From a virus (taxonomy: Duplodnaviria; Caudoviricetes): a stretch of 64,000 nt of DNA. The notes beneath the pieces were generated by a model, which did no database searches, was not told where the DNA came from, and worked only from the letters and a program-made list of their open reading frames with translations. How positions within the stretch are numbered: the first letter of the stretch is position 1; each line of letters starts with the position of its first letter. The position numbers and the translations under genes are program-made. The DNA lies in IMG/VR virus record IMGVR_UViG_3300030328_002748, positions 1-64,000 of that record. One strand, given 5' to 3'. This document shows, in pieces, positions 9,151 to 18,162 of this stretch.

Positions 9151-9190
9151 CGTTCAACCTCTTCGGAGGTCGCAAGTAAGTCACGGAACG
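9151..9190 (+). ncRNA. Glutamine riboswitch aptamer (glnA motif), copy 1
   Basis: CGTTC-A-ACCTC-TTCG-GAGGT-CGCAAGTAAGTCAC-GGAACG; CGTTC/GAACG closing stem; DUF4278 gene downstream. Confidence 0.75.
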
Positions 9191-9195
9191 CATTT

Positions 9196-9371
9196 CGTTC
9201 ATCCTATGATCCATTTAGCTTTAATCGCTACTACTCTAACTTGTCCTGAGGCTTATAAACTTGTCGAATCGATGAGTGAATATAGAATCGAGGAAGAAAC
9301 ACGAACTGAAATGATTCAGATCGTTAAGGAAGAGACAGAGGGTTGTTGGGACGGAAATGACTAAAGGAACG
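9196..9371 (+). ncRNA. Second glnA-like aptamer interrupted by an ORF
   Basis: 5' half CGTTCATCC at 9196; 3' half GGGACGGAAATGACTAAAGGAACG at 9348-9371. Confidence 0.55.
9206..9364 (+). CDS. 52-aa ORF inside the second aptamer
   Basis: MIHLALIATTLTCPEAYKLVESMSEYRIEEETRTEMIQIVKEETEGCWDGND*; open frame, hydrophobic N-terminus. Confidence 0.6.
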   Translation: MIHLALIATTLTCPEAYKLVESMSEYRIEEETRTEMIQIVKEETEGCWDGND

Positions 9372-9406
9372 GAGCTAAAATTCCAACTACTTTAGGAGTA
9401 AACACA

Positions 9407-9535
9407 ATGGCACAAGTCATCTACAGGGGTGTCTCTTATGACACCAATGACAAGAAATCTTGTCAAAAAGAAGCAACTGTATTAACTTACAGAGGCATCA
9501 AGCATACAGAGTCAAGAACTGTGTGTGCGAAGTGA
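9407..9535 (+). CDS. DUF4278-family small protein
   Basis: MAQVIYRGVSYDT...LTYRGIKH with two YRG motifs; AGGAG RBS; downstream of riboswitch. Confidence 0.85.
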   Translation: MAQVIYRGVSYDTNDKKSCQKEATVLTYRGIKHTESRTVCAK

Positions 9536-9558
9536 ATTAAGTCTTACTTAAGAGGTGT

Positions 9559-9588
9559 AGGGGGGTATTTTTACCCCCTCTTTTTTTA
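9559..9588 (+). terminator. Rho-independent terminator
   Basis: GGGGGTA-TTTT-TACCCCC hairpin followed by a T run. Confidence 0.8.
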
Positions 9589-9712
9589 AATTTGGTTAAG
9601 TACCTAGTACTTTTTCAGTGTTTCAACACATAAATAGTGGTAGAATTGGGGAACAAGATGTAACCAAACCTCTTCTTGGTTATGGAGTTCAATTAACAGA
9701 ATGGAGACTATT

Positions 9713-9859
9713 ATGCACAACCTAGTATCATATAATCAATTAGCAGGTTCATACGAGGATGAACAAGACACCTTACTCACAGAATACTACGAGTGTCTAA
9801 TTGAATGTGATGAAGATCAACCTAGTTGTAAGAGAATTTGTAAAGAACTACTAGTTTAG
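9713..9859 (+). CDS. 48-aa four-cysteine small protein
   Basis: MHNLVSYNQLAG...YYECLIECDEDQPSCKRICKELLV*; GGAG RBS. Confidence 0.75.
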   Translation: MHNLVSYNQLAGSYEDEQDTLLTEYYECLIECDEDQPSCKRICKELLV

Positions 9860-9883
9860 AGGTAACATGAATGAAATAATCGA

Positions 9884-9912
9884 AAAGGGGGCCTAAGGGT
9901 CTCCTTTTTTTT
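9884..9912 (+). terminator. Rho-independent terminator
   Basis: AAAAGGGGGCC-TAAG-GGTCTCCTTTT followed by a T run. Confidence 0.75.
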
Positions 9913-9916
9913 AGCC

Positions 9917-9945
9917 TTGACAATCATGCAAATCCTACATATAAT
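9917..9945 (+). promoter_or_regulatory. Sigma70-type promoter
   Basis: TTGACA-N17-TATAAT exact consensus. Confidence 0.85.
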
Positions 9946-9963
9946 AATAAAAATGGAGGGTTT

Positions 9964-10116
9964 ATGAACAAAGGTAAACTTAAGGTTTTAATAATGGCCT
10001 TAAAGGAAGTTGTTGAGGAGTTAGAGTCTGAGATATATGCTGATGTAAGTTCATACACCCAAACCAAGGAAGAAGAACTACCAGCCCTACCAGATTATGA
10101 AGAGGTATTTGAGTAA
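9964..10116 (+). CDS. Hypothetical protein (50 aa, not in ORF track)
   Basis: MNKGKLKVLIMALKEVVEELESEIYAD...DYEEVFE*; GGAGG RBS after the promoter. Confidence 0.75.
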   Translation: MNKGKLKVLIMALKEVVEELESEIYADVSSYTQTKEEELPALPDYEEVFE

Positions 10117-10355
10117 TGAGTAATGATCTAACAGAAGAGAAGTTGAAGTTGAGACAAGATGCATTGAAGATCTTATTCAGAGAATTGAATACAAAGAATA
10201 TAAATAGTCTTGAAAATAATGTTAACAGAGCAGTCTACGAGTGTGCCGACGAGTGGTGTAAGAGACAAGTCACTACCGCCGGCCTTGTTAAATATTTTCA
10301 CGCTTATTTTGGATCAAGGTTAAATGTTGGACGAGGAACACAAGAAGGGCCATAA
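10116..10355 (+). CDS. Hypothetical protein
   Basis: ORF track; TAATG overlap. Confidence 0.7.
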   Translation: MSNDLTEEKLKLRQDALKILFRELNTKNINSLENNVNRAVYECADEWCKRQVTTAGLVKYFHAYFGSRLNVGRGTQEGP

Positions 10356-10512
10356 GAGTGACAAAAAATTGGTGAAGAAGATTATTAAGGCTGCAAAGAA
10401 ACATCCCGACTGGTACACGCCAGAAGAGGTAAAGTATGTTAAACTATTCAAGAAATACCATAAGAAGAAACGAAAGCATGATCAAAAGCGAATCGAAGGT
10501 AACTCTAGTTAG
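10324..10512 (+). CDS. Basic hypothetical protein
   Basis: KKHPDWYTPEEVKY motif; Lys-rich. Confidence 0.6.
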   Translation: MLDEEHKKGHKSDKKLVKKIIKAAKKHPDWYTPEEVKYVKLFKKYHKKKRKHDQKRIEGNSS

Positions 10513-11134
10513 TGTTACCCCTGATGCAGAAAAAACAATGGCGTACATCGCCAGAGTTTCTAACCCATCAAATCAAGATAATGAAAAATTTTCAGGCCTT
10601 CTAAAATATTGCATCACACACCACCACTGGTCAGTATTTGAACAGTCATCAATGACGTTACAGATTGATACTACTCGTGCTATTGCAGCACAGATCTTAC
10701 GTCATAGATCATTTACTTTCCAAGAGTTCTCACAACGCTACGCAGACAGTACTCAACTTGGGAATATACCCATACCAGAATTAAGAAGACAAGATACAAA
10801 GAATAGACAAAATAGTATTGATGATTTGGATGAGTTTACAATTCAAACATTAGAGTTGCAGATACAAACTCTGTTTACTTCGGCCGTTTCTTTATATGAA
10901 TCAATGCTTGAGTCTGGAGTTGCTAAAGAGTGTGCTAGAATGGTACTACCACTCGCAACACCTACCAAGATCTACATGACTGGTTCATGTCGTTCATGGA
11001 TTCATTATATCAATCTGCGTTCCGCACATGGAACACAGAAAGAACACATGGAGATTGCAGAAGCATGTAGAGATGTTTTTGTAGAACAGTTTCCTGTGGT
11101 GAGTGAGGCTTTAGGATGGCAGATTTCAAAATAA
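10478..11134 (+). CDS. thyX: Flavin-dependent thymidylate synthase
   Basis: HWSVFEQ, QILRHRSFTFQEFSQRY, AKECARMVLP, QKEH. Confidence 0.97.
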   Translation: MIKSESKVTLVSVTPDAEKTMAYIARVSNPSNQDNEKFSGLLKYCITHHHWSVFEQSSMTLQIDTTRAIAAQILRHRSFTFQEFSQRYADSTQLGNIPIPELRRQDTKNRQNSIDDLDEFTIQTLELQIQTLFTSAVSLYESMLESGVAKECARMVLPLATPTKIYMTGSCRSWIHYINLRSAHGTQKEHMEIAEACRDVFVEQFPVVSEALGWQISK

Positions 11135-11622
11135 TAGAGAACTGGCTTCCAAAAGATATATTTGATAAAGTACAATCAGATATTGTATGGAATCCAGAGT
11201 TCCCTGTTACTTTAAGTAACCGTGTCGTTAGAGAGGAAGAAAAGGAATCTAACTGGTATGCAACACATCTATTCTATGATATGGACATACCATGTTCTCA
11301 TTATTGGACAGTTATAGATGAATTCTTTCTCGGTAAGTTTAGACAGATGAATATATGTAGATCTTTTATTAGAGCTAAACTTAATTTCTATCCTAACACT
11401 GGTGATATGATAGAACATCCACAACATATTGATTATGACTTTGAACATACTGCTGCTATCTTTTCATTGAATACGTGTAATGGCTTTACAAGATTGGATG
11501 ATGGTACTAAGATAGATAGTGTTGCAAATAGAATCTTCTTTTTTAATGGTTCTACAATGCATAACTCTACTACTTGTACAGATGAACCTGCAAGGTTCAA
11601 TATAAATTTTAATTTTTTATGA
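11116..11622 (+). CDS. 2OG-Fe(II) oxygenase-like protein
   Basis: HID..AIFSLNTCNGFT..SVANR..FNGSTMH..RFNINFN (HxD...H...R pattern). Confidence 0.75.
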   Translation: MADFKIIENWLPKDIFDKVQSDIVWNPEFPVTLSNRVVREEEKESNWYATHLFYDMDIPCSHYWTVIDEFFLGKFRQMNICRSFIRAKLNFYPNTGDMIEHPQHIDYDFEHTAAIFSLNTCNGFTRLDDGTKIDSVANRIFFFNGSTMHNSTTCTDEPARFNINFNFL

Positions 11623-11626
11623 TATT

Positions 11627-11875
11627 ATGCCAACATATCCAGTAATTAATCTAAAAACTAAAGAGAAAAAGGAACTGTTAATGACAATGGCCGCTTATGA
11701 TGAGTGGAGAAAAGATCCTGAAAATGCTGATTGGGATAAAGATTGGCAAGCAGGTGCTGGTGGTCTATGTGAAGTAGGAGATTGGAGGAATAGATTAGAT
11801 GGAGGATGGAATGAGGTACTAGATAGAGCCTCTCAACAACCCGGCGCAAACGTTCGTAAGTACAACAACTACTAG
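11627..11875 (+). CDS. Conserved T4-like hypothetical protein upstream of phoH
   Basis: MPTYPV...GWNEVL motif; typical position. Confidence 0.75.
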   Translation: MPTYPVINLKTKEKKELLMTMAAYDEWRKDPENADWDKDWQAGAGGLCEVGDWRNRLDGGWNEVLDRASQQPGANVRKYNNY

Positions 11876-11876
11876 T

Positions 11877-12629
11877 ATGCCTAGAAAGAAAAAGACTTCT
11901 CAAGTTGGAGTTGGTATGACGGCCAAACAATTGAAAAGAAAAAAACCAATTAATACTGATTTTCTTCTTGATATTGAACCATTAACTAGCAATCAAACAA
12001 AATTCTTTGATGCATACAAAGAAGGTAAAAACATCTTTGCTTTTGGTGCGGCTGGTACAGGTAAAACTTTCATTGCATTGTATAATGCTTTGAAGGATGT
12101 CTTAAGTGAGTTCACTCCTTATAAAAAAATCTATGTCATAAGATCTTTAGTTGCAACTAGAGAGATTGGTTTCTTGCCTGGTGATGCTGAGGATAAGTCA
12201 TTACTTTATCAGGTTCCTTATAAGAACATGGTTAAGTATATGTTTCAGATGCCTTCTGATGCTGACTTTGATATGTTATGGAGTAACTTAAAAGGACAGG
12301 AGACAGTTTCATTTTGGTCTACCTCATTCATACGTGGTACTACATTCGACGATTCTATATTGTTAATAGATGAATCACAGAACTTGAATTTTCATGAATT
12401 AGATAGTATAATAACTCGTGTAGGTGACAACTGTAAGATTCTCTTTTGTGGAGATGCAAGACAATCTGATCTAGTCAAAACCAACGAGAGAAATGGTATA
12501 TTAGATTTCATGAGAATCCTAGAACAGATGGAGGATTCTGTATCAATGGTTGAATTTGGTATAGAAGACATCATTCGTTCAGGACTTGTGAAAGAATATA
12601 TCATTAAGAAAACTGTTCTTAACCTGTAA
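11877..12629 (+). CDS. phoH: PhoH family ATPase
   Basis: GAAGTGKT, IGFLPG, FIRGTT, IDESQN, GDARQSDL. Confidence 0.96.
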   Translation: MPRKKKTSQVGVGMTAKQLKRKKPINTDFLLDIEPLTSNQTKFFDAYKEGKNIFAFGAAGTGKTFIALYNALKDVLSEFTPYKKIYVIRSLVATREIGFLPGDAEDKSLLYQVPYKNMVKYMFQMPSDADFDMLWSNLKGQETVSFWSTSFIRGTTFDDSILLIDESQNLNFHELDSIITRVGDNCKILFCGDARQSDLVKTNERNGILDFMRILEQMEDSVSMVEFGIEDIIRSGLVKEYIIKKTVLNL

Positions 12630-13303
12630 TGCAACGTACATTTGTCAATCATTTAGGTGATATTGAATTAGAAAAGAAAGAGACGCCGGGTTGTCGTCTC
12701 TATCAATTACCTAATGGTGAGTGGGTTCCTTCTATTACTTCCATCACTTCCTTTTATAATAGAGAAAAATTTATTAAATGGAGAAAGAAAATTGGTGAAG
12801 AGAAGGCGAATCAAATCACTAGAAGAGCTACGACGCTCGGCACGGACTTCCACGAGGTGGCCCAGAATTACCTTGAAGGAAAGCAACTTGACTGGGAGAG
12901 TCATCTTCCCGCATCGAAGTTCATGTTCCACCACTGCCAACCAGTCCTTGATAGGATTGATAACATCCATGCTATCGAAAGGACTCTCTTTAGTGAGTTT
13001 CTTGGCATTGCAGGCCGTGTGGACTGCATTGCGGAGTTTGACGGTGAACTTGCGGTCATTGACTTTAAGACTTCACAGTACATTAAACCAGAAGAGTGGT
13101 TAGAAAATTATTTTGTTCAAGAAACTTTTTATGCATGTGCATATTATGAGATGACTGGTGTTCCTGTAAAAAAACTCATCACTATTATGCAAACACCTAA
13201 CGGTGAGAACCATGTATTTGACAAACGGAACAAAGACGAGTATATTAAGTTGTTAGTAAAATATATCAAGAAATTTGTTAACTCTAAACTTTCCAATGCC
13301 TGA
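12629..13303 (+). CDS. PD-(D/E)XK exonuclease (phage exonuclease A type)
   Basis: PSITS, GTDFH, AGRVDCIAEFDGELAVIDFKTS, YFVQ..Y. Confidence 0.9.
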   Translation: MQRTFVNHLGDIELEKKETPGCRLYQLPNGEWVPSITSITSFYNREKFIKWRKKIGEEKANQITRRATTLGTDFHEVAQNYLEGKQLDWESHLPASKFMFHHCQPVLDRIDNIHAIERTLFSEFLGIAGRVDCIAEFDGELAVIDFKTSQYIKPEEWLENYFVQETFYACAYYEMTGVPVKKLITIMQTPNGENHVFDKRNKDEYIKLLVKYIKKFVNSKLSNA

Positions 13304-13556
13304 TAAAAACCTAGACAAGGTTCTGAAAGACAAGTTTCTTTGTCAAACTAAGTTTACAAAAGACATAGAAACATTAGTCAAGAATGATCCAGACTTTAAT
13401 TACATAGATGCAATAGTATACTATTGTGAAGAGAATAAGATTGAAATGGAATCTGTTGCAAAGCTTCTCTCGAAACCATTGAAAGAGAAACTTAAGGCCG
13501 AAGCAATGGAACTTAATTTTTTAAAACGTACATCCCGAGCTCGTTTACCCTTGTGA
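13296..13556 (+). CDS. g33: Late transcription coactivator gp33
   Basis: YIDAIVYYCEEN...LSKPLKEKLKAEAMELNFL; synteny with g59 and g32. Confidence 0.92.
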   Translation: MPDKNLDKVLKDKFLCQTKFTKDIETLVKNDPDFNYIDAIVYYCEENKIEMESVAKLLSKPLKEKLKAEAMELNFLKRTSRARLPL

Positions 13557-14146
13557 AAGTGACACCTTTTGAAGTCTACACTACCTATCTTGGAATGAAG
13601 AATCATTTTACAAGAGATAAGTATGACTATCTTAAGTACTCTGGTAAGACCAGAGCTTCTGTTGCTTCATTTAACAAACGCAAGGATAGATATTTCTTTG
13701 AAAGAATATCTAGAAAGAAAAACGATGAAGAGATAATCAAATATTTCATTGCGAATTTTACTTCACATGATGACCCAGGCAAAGTTTGGATAGGAGAGAT
13801 TATTCAGAATGGAGAAACTAATTTCAAAGAATGGCAAAAGAGAAGTCAATCACTCTCTTACATATTCTCAAATGAAGTTGAACGAATCTTTACAAGAGAT
13901 AATTTTGACAGTTACTTCCATACTGAAGGACAACATCCAAAGATATTAAAATCTTATTTTAAAAAAGAGATTAGTTTAGAGACTCTTGTTATACTTGATA
14001 AAATTCTAGGATTTAGAATTAATTTTGATAAAAAATTAGAAGATCCTATTTGGGCCACAGTTTCTTTAAAGATAAAGAAGTATAGCCCTTTCATAAATAT
14101 TAATGTACATAAATTTAAACAGATCATTAAGGAGAAACTACTATGA
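13553..14146 (+). CDS. g59: Helicase loader gp59
   Basis: YLGMKNHF..YDY.KY.GK, FNKRKDRYFF, ISLETLVIL. Confidence 0.93.
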   Translation: MKVTPFEVYTTYLGMKNHFTRDKYDYLKYSGKTRASVASFNKRKDRYFFERISRKKNDEEIIKYFIANFTSHDDPGKVWIGEIIQNGETNFKEWQKRSQSLSYIFSNEVERIFTRDNFDSYFHTEGQHPKILKSYFKKEISLETLVILDKILGFRINFDKKLEDPIWATVSLKIKKYSPFININVHKFKQIIKEKLL

Positions 14147-14493
14147 GTTTTCTTGAAAGCGAATATGTTCGTGCATCATTAGTAGAAATTAATGAGCTTC
14201 AAGAAGGCATCTTTCCTGATCTCATGAAATTTCCTTATCTTTCTCCCGAAAGAAAGTTGAAACATATTAAAGATCTTGAGAAACTTTTGGAGAAACAAAA
14301 AATAATGTACACGAGAGTGTGCCTTAGTAAAGATCCAGAAGCACTTCAGATCAAGGAAAACATTGAACAAACAGCTCAAATGCTAGGAGCTGGTAAAACA
14401 AAAGTAGATCCTGCTGCTCTGTTTGATCAGATGTATCAAACGATTGCAAATCTCAGACAAATGCTTGAAGGTCAAGAAACACTTGACAAATGA
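14143..14493 (+). CDS. DUF1825-like conserved protein
   Basis: LLEKQKIMYTRVCLSKDPEA; usual position between g59 and g32. Confidence 0.75.
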   Translation: MSFLESEYVRASLVEINELQEGIFPDLMKFPYLSPERKLKHIKDLEKLLEKQKIMYTRVCLSKDPEALQIKENIEQTAQMLGAGKTKVDPAALFDQMYQTIANLRQMLEGQETLDK

Positions 14494-14511
14494 TCATGAC
14501 TCTGGTATTGT
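14483..14511 (+). promoter_or_regulatory. Sigma70-type promoter for g32
   Basis: TTGACA-N17-TATTGT with TG upstream. Confidence 0.6.
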
Positions 14512-14560
14512 AATACTAAGCCAACAAAAGGCCAAATCCAATTAAATCCGATTAAATCTT

Positions 14561-15457
14561 ATGTCTTTTTCAGACCTTAAAAAACAATCCAAATTGGGTT
14601 CTCTAACATCTAAATTGGTTAGAGAAGTCGAGAAGATGAACAATACTGGTGGAGGTGGTGATGACCGTCTCTGGAAACCAGAGGTAGATAAATCAGGTAA
14701 CGGTTATGCTGTTATTCGTTTCCTACCAGCACCAAACAACGAAGATATTCCTTGGGTAAAATTATACAAACATGCTTTCCAAGGCCCTGGCGGTTGGTAC
14801 ATAGAGAACTCTTTGACCACTCTTGGTCAGAAAGATCCTGTTTCAGAGTACAATACTACTCTATGGAACAATGGTACTGATGCAGGTAAAGAAACTGCAC
14901 GTAAACAGAAACGTAAGTTAGAGTATTATGCCAACATCTATGTTGTAAAAGATCCTACTAACCCTGAGAATGAGGGTGGTGTATTCCTTTACAGATTTGG
15001 TAAGAAAATCTTTGACAAGGTTATGGCAGCAATGCAACCAGAGTTTGAGGATGAGGAAGCGATCAATCCTTTTGACTTCTGGCAGGGTGCAGACTTCAAG
15101 ATTAAGATCAAGAAGGTTGCTGGATTCTGGAACTATGATAGTTCTGAGTTTGCTTCCCCATCACAAGTTTTAGATGGTGATGATGATGCTCTTGAAGCTC
15201 TTTGGAAGAAAGAGTATTCTCTTCAAGAACTCATTGCACCAGAAAAGTTCAAGTCTTATGATGAGTTGAAGACTCGTCTTAATGCTGTTCTTGCTACACG
15301 ACCAGTTCGTGAGAGTGAAGACTTGGAGAATGAAAGTGAAGGTCGTGGTTCTTATGAGCCTGAAGTCAATCTTAAAGAGAAGGTTTCTGCACCAGCAGCA
15401 TCCGACTCCGATGAAGATGAAGCTTTAAGTTACTTCCAAAAACTTGCTGAAGTCTAA
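14561..15457 (+). CDS. g32: Single-stranded DNA binding protein gp32
   Basis: DDRLWK..DKSGNGYAVIRFLP, WYIENS, FGKKIFDK, NYDSSEF, acidic C-terminal tail. Confidence 0.97.
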   Translation: MSFSDLKKQSKLGSLTSKLVREVEKMNNTGGGGDDRLWKPEVDKSGNGYAVIRFLPAPNNEDIPWVKLYKHAFQGPGGWYIENSLTTLGQKDPVSEYNTTLWNNGTDAGKETARKQKRKLEYYANIYVVKDPTNPENEGGVFLYRFGKKIFDKVMAAMQPEFEDEEAINPFDFWQGADFKIKIKKVAGFWNYDSSEFASPSQVLDGDDDALEALWKKEYSLQELIAPEKFKSYDELKTRLNAVLATRPVRESEDLENESEGRGSYEPEVNLKEKVSAPAASDSDEDEALSYFQKLAEV

Positions 15458-15507
15458 GCCATATTATTCCGGCTTTTAATTCAAAAAAAGCGCAAAAAAA
15501 AGTCTGG
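15458..15507 (+). repeat. A/T-tract element, copy 2
   Basis: GCCATATTATTCCGGCTTTTAATTCAAAAAAAGCGCAAAAAAAAGTCTGG; similar to 196-246. Confidence 0.7.
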
Positions 15508-15543
15508 AGGCTTTTGACCCGTCAGGGTCGGCCTCCTTTTTTT
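15506..15543 (+). terminator. Terminator between convergent g32 and g53
   Basis: GGAGGC..GACCC-GTCA-GGGTC..GCCTCC followed by a T run. Confidence 0.8.
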
Positions 15544-15546
15544 GTG

Positions 15547-16200
15547 TCAACTTGTAATTCTTATATTTTCGGTCTTTTTGAGGGTTTTGCTAATATAGTT
15601 GGAATTCTTGTTATAACGCATAATATTCTTTAAATCAGTTATTACGTTATCTAATAAATCTACACGAATTAGTTGAATATTCCTTTTATCCTCATTTAGT
15701 TTAATTTCTTGTTCCCACACTGTAACTGGTCTTTGAGGTGTAACCTTCTCTAATTGACCACCTTTAACATATGTTAATTGGTAATCTTCATCCACCCATA
15801 ATCCAGCTGGGACTAATAGTTGATTTTTATAATCTCTCCACTCTATTGTTTCCCAATGATGGACAGATCCTAATTCTTTTTCAGTATATTTTTCATTAAC
15901 AAATACACTAAAGTCATATTGTGATAATGGCCATTCATTACGTATATCAATAATATTATTCGATACTAAAACAATCCAATCATAGTCTGCACTACCATAG
16001 TATTTTTCTGCAACTTGATCGGGTCTGTCATCACCAACAATCTGATATTTTTCAAATACTGAAATAATACTTTGAAAATCATCACGTAATTTTGCCCGTC
16101 TGAACATATTCTTTACTTGAACGGTAGATGTATTACTACTCTTATCGTTAAGTAAAGAACTATATTCTAAATTTGGTAATTGGCTAAAATAATTTGACAT
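15547..16200 (-). CDS. g53: Baseplate wedge protein gp53
   Basis: YFSQLPNLEY, RPDQVAEKYYGS..DWIVL..NNI..EWPL. Confidence 0.92.
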   Translation of the reverse strand: MSNYFSQLPNLEYSSLLNDKSSNTSTVQVKNMFRRAKLRDDFQSIISVFEKYQIVGDDRPDQVAEKYYGSADYDWIVLVSNNIIDIRNEWPLSQYDFSVFVNEKYTEKELGSVHHWETIEWRDYKNQLLVPAGLWVDEDYQLTYVKGGQLEKVTPQRPVTVWEQEIKLNEDKRNIQLIRVDLLDNVITDLKNIMRYNKNSNYISKTLKKTENIRITS

Positions 16201-16201
16201 T

Positions 16202-17668
16202 TTAGAATCCTACATCGTCTGGTTCAAAACCACCATCACGATAATCTCTATCGTATAGAGGTGTAAGTTCACTAAAGCTCATTGTTACGATAGTGGATAT
16301 TGGTTGTGAATCATCACCATAAGATTGCCATCTTCCAGTACCACCTGTGTAATCAACGTTGAGATTTGTCATTGCACAAGTCTTAAATTTATTTAATCCT
16401 TTTATTTCTTCATTCCTTGTTGAACCTCTTCTATATTGAATTCTCCATACACATGGACTACCTAATAACATATTTGATCCACCTTTAAAGTTTCCTACTT
16501 GTGGTGGGGCCTTTCTCACAGCCATTCGTTCTTTTAATGTACGAACGATAGATCTTACTATTTTTGCTTCATCTGTATTTCTTGGACTAAAACGTACTTG
16601 GAAATTGAATATTCTTAAGCCAGGGCCAGTGAATAGTAGTTCTAAGTTAGTATTTTCTATAAATCCAGTGGTTCTAGTAATAACAGCACCAACATCTACA
16701 TTTAGACCAACAACACTAGCTGCACCAGCTGCAGCTCCTAATAATAATCTTCTTCTAATAAAAGTAGATCCTGCTGTATTTCCAAAAGCTTTACCTAACT
16801 CACCAACATAACCCAAACTACTCTTTAAGAAATTTTGATTAGTTAAATCTTGTAAAGAAGCTGTTTTCTCTTTATCATTAAATTTATCACCTGCCAAAAG
16901 CCTCTCAGATGTGGGATTAAAGAGTTCACCAGCAACACTACTAAAACTATTAGCTCCCCAGTTTACACTATTTTGATCCGCAATCTGGTTAGGCATTGGG
17001 ATTATAATAGTTTCAAGTAATTTTGAATTATTTGTTCGTGACCATTGAGGCCGATCATAATCTTTATCAACTTTTGGAAGATTTTTAGCAGGTTCGTATC
17101 GTGCAGCAGTTATAGCTAAATGATCTTGTACTTTAAGATCCATATCAATTGGATACTTAAGGACTGAATAATTTGCATAACCACCTCCTACTGGGCCTGG
17201 GCCACCACCCTTGGCTCCTGTATATTCACTATTAGGAGTAGTTACCCCTGTAGTAACTTCTGATGTTCCTTCACTTTTATCATCGACATCATTGCCGGAA
17301 TTAAAATATTTCTTGTAAATTATACTAGATTTAGGCCATTTTTCTATTATATCTAAATCATTCTTATGAAAATCTAAACTAAGATCTACTGCTTCATTTC
17401 TATAAAAGCTAATTTGTTCAAGTGGATTATCACCACTAAAATATTGGTTAATCTCTGTATCACTAAAATTAAAATCAGTATCCCAAACGTTATATTGCAA
17501 TTCTGATACAGGAGATTCCGAATACAATAAAGTTCCTGTATTAGTTCTATATTCGTTTATATTTTCAATAGAATATACCTTATACAAGTCTAAGTCTGTA
17601 TCAAGAATTACAAATGTGTTATTATTAGCTAATAAATTACCTTTTATTTCCATTATCCTACCCTCCAT
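16202..17668 (-). CDS. g48: Baseplate tail tube cap gp48
   Basis: LELLFTGPGLRIFNF..FSPRN..EA, CAMTNLNVDYT, MSFSELTP. Confidence 0.85.
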   Translation of the reverse strand: MEGRIMEIKGNLLANNNTFVILDTDLDLYKVYSIENINEYRTNTGTLLYSESPVSELQYNVWDTDFNFSDTEINQYFSGDNPLEQISFYRNEAVDLSLDFHKNDLDIIEKWPKSSIIYKKYFNSGNDVDDKSEGTSEVTTGVTTPNSEYTGAKGGGPGPVGGGYANYSVLKYPIDMDLKVQDHLAITAARYEPAKNLPKVDKDYDRPQWSRTNNSKLLETIIIPMPNQIADQNSVNWGANSFSSVAGELFNPTSERLLAGDKFNDKEKTASLQDLTNQNFLKSSLGYVGELGKAFGNTAGSTFIRRRLLLGAAAGAASVVGLNVDVGAVITRTTGFIENTNLELLFTGPGLRIFNFQVRFSPRNTDEAKIVRSIVRTLKERMAVRKAPPQVGNFKGGSNMLLGSPCVWRIQYRRGSTRNEEIKGLNKFKTCAMTNLNVDYTGGTGRWQSYGDDSQPISTIVTMSFSELTPLYDRDYRDGGFEPDDVGF

Positions 17669-18162
17669 ACTTTATAGGAAGGATATTGAGTACCAATTTT
17701 GGTATCTATAAATTCTTCGACAGGTAACATTGATACGTCAGCCATTTCTGATTCTGGAACTTTCATAATCTGACTTTGTACCCCCTCAAAATAATATCTA
17801 TGAATAGTAGAATTGGGTACAATTACACCATCGGCATTATTTATCAAGCTAGATGCAACAGCTTCTCTTAACTTTGGTTTTAGGTAATGCATATTTGCAC
17901 CCATAAAACCATCCTTATTAACACTAGTTATATAAGTTAATGGGTATATGTCATAATATTTAAGTTTTTCTGGTTTAGTAGCTTGATATGAAAAGAAATA
18001 CATATCACCAGCATCTACACCATTAGATACTTCACCAAATGAGGCCGAATCATCATATTCAGGTTCTTGATATTCTCCTAGTATAGAGAATAATGCATCA
18101 CGATATTTTCTTTTAGGTGCTTTTTGACCTACTTGATCATAAATGTTTTGTAGTATGCTCAT
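17653..18162 (-). CDS. g2: DNA end protector gp2-like protein
   Basis: GDMYFFSY..YYDIYPL..GFMGANMHYL..LPVEEF. Confidence 0.8.
   Translation of the reverse strand: MSILQNIYDQVGQKAPKRKYRDALFSILGEYQEPEYDDSASFGEVSNGVDAGDMYFFSYQATKPEKLKYYDIYPLTYITSVNKDGFMGANMHYLKPKLREAVASSLINNADGVIVPNSTIHRYYFEGVQSQIMKVPESEMADVSMLPVEEFIDTKIGTQYPSYKVWRVG

Noticed and set aside
12629-13303. Cas4-like nuclease suggesting a CRISPR system
   Set aside because: It occupies the usual T4-like core position between phoH and g33; no array or other cas genes are in the window.
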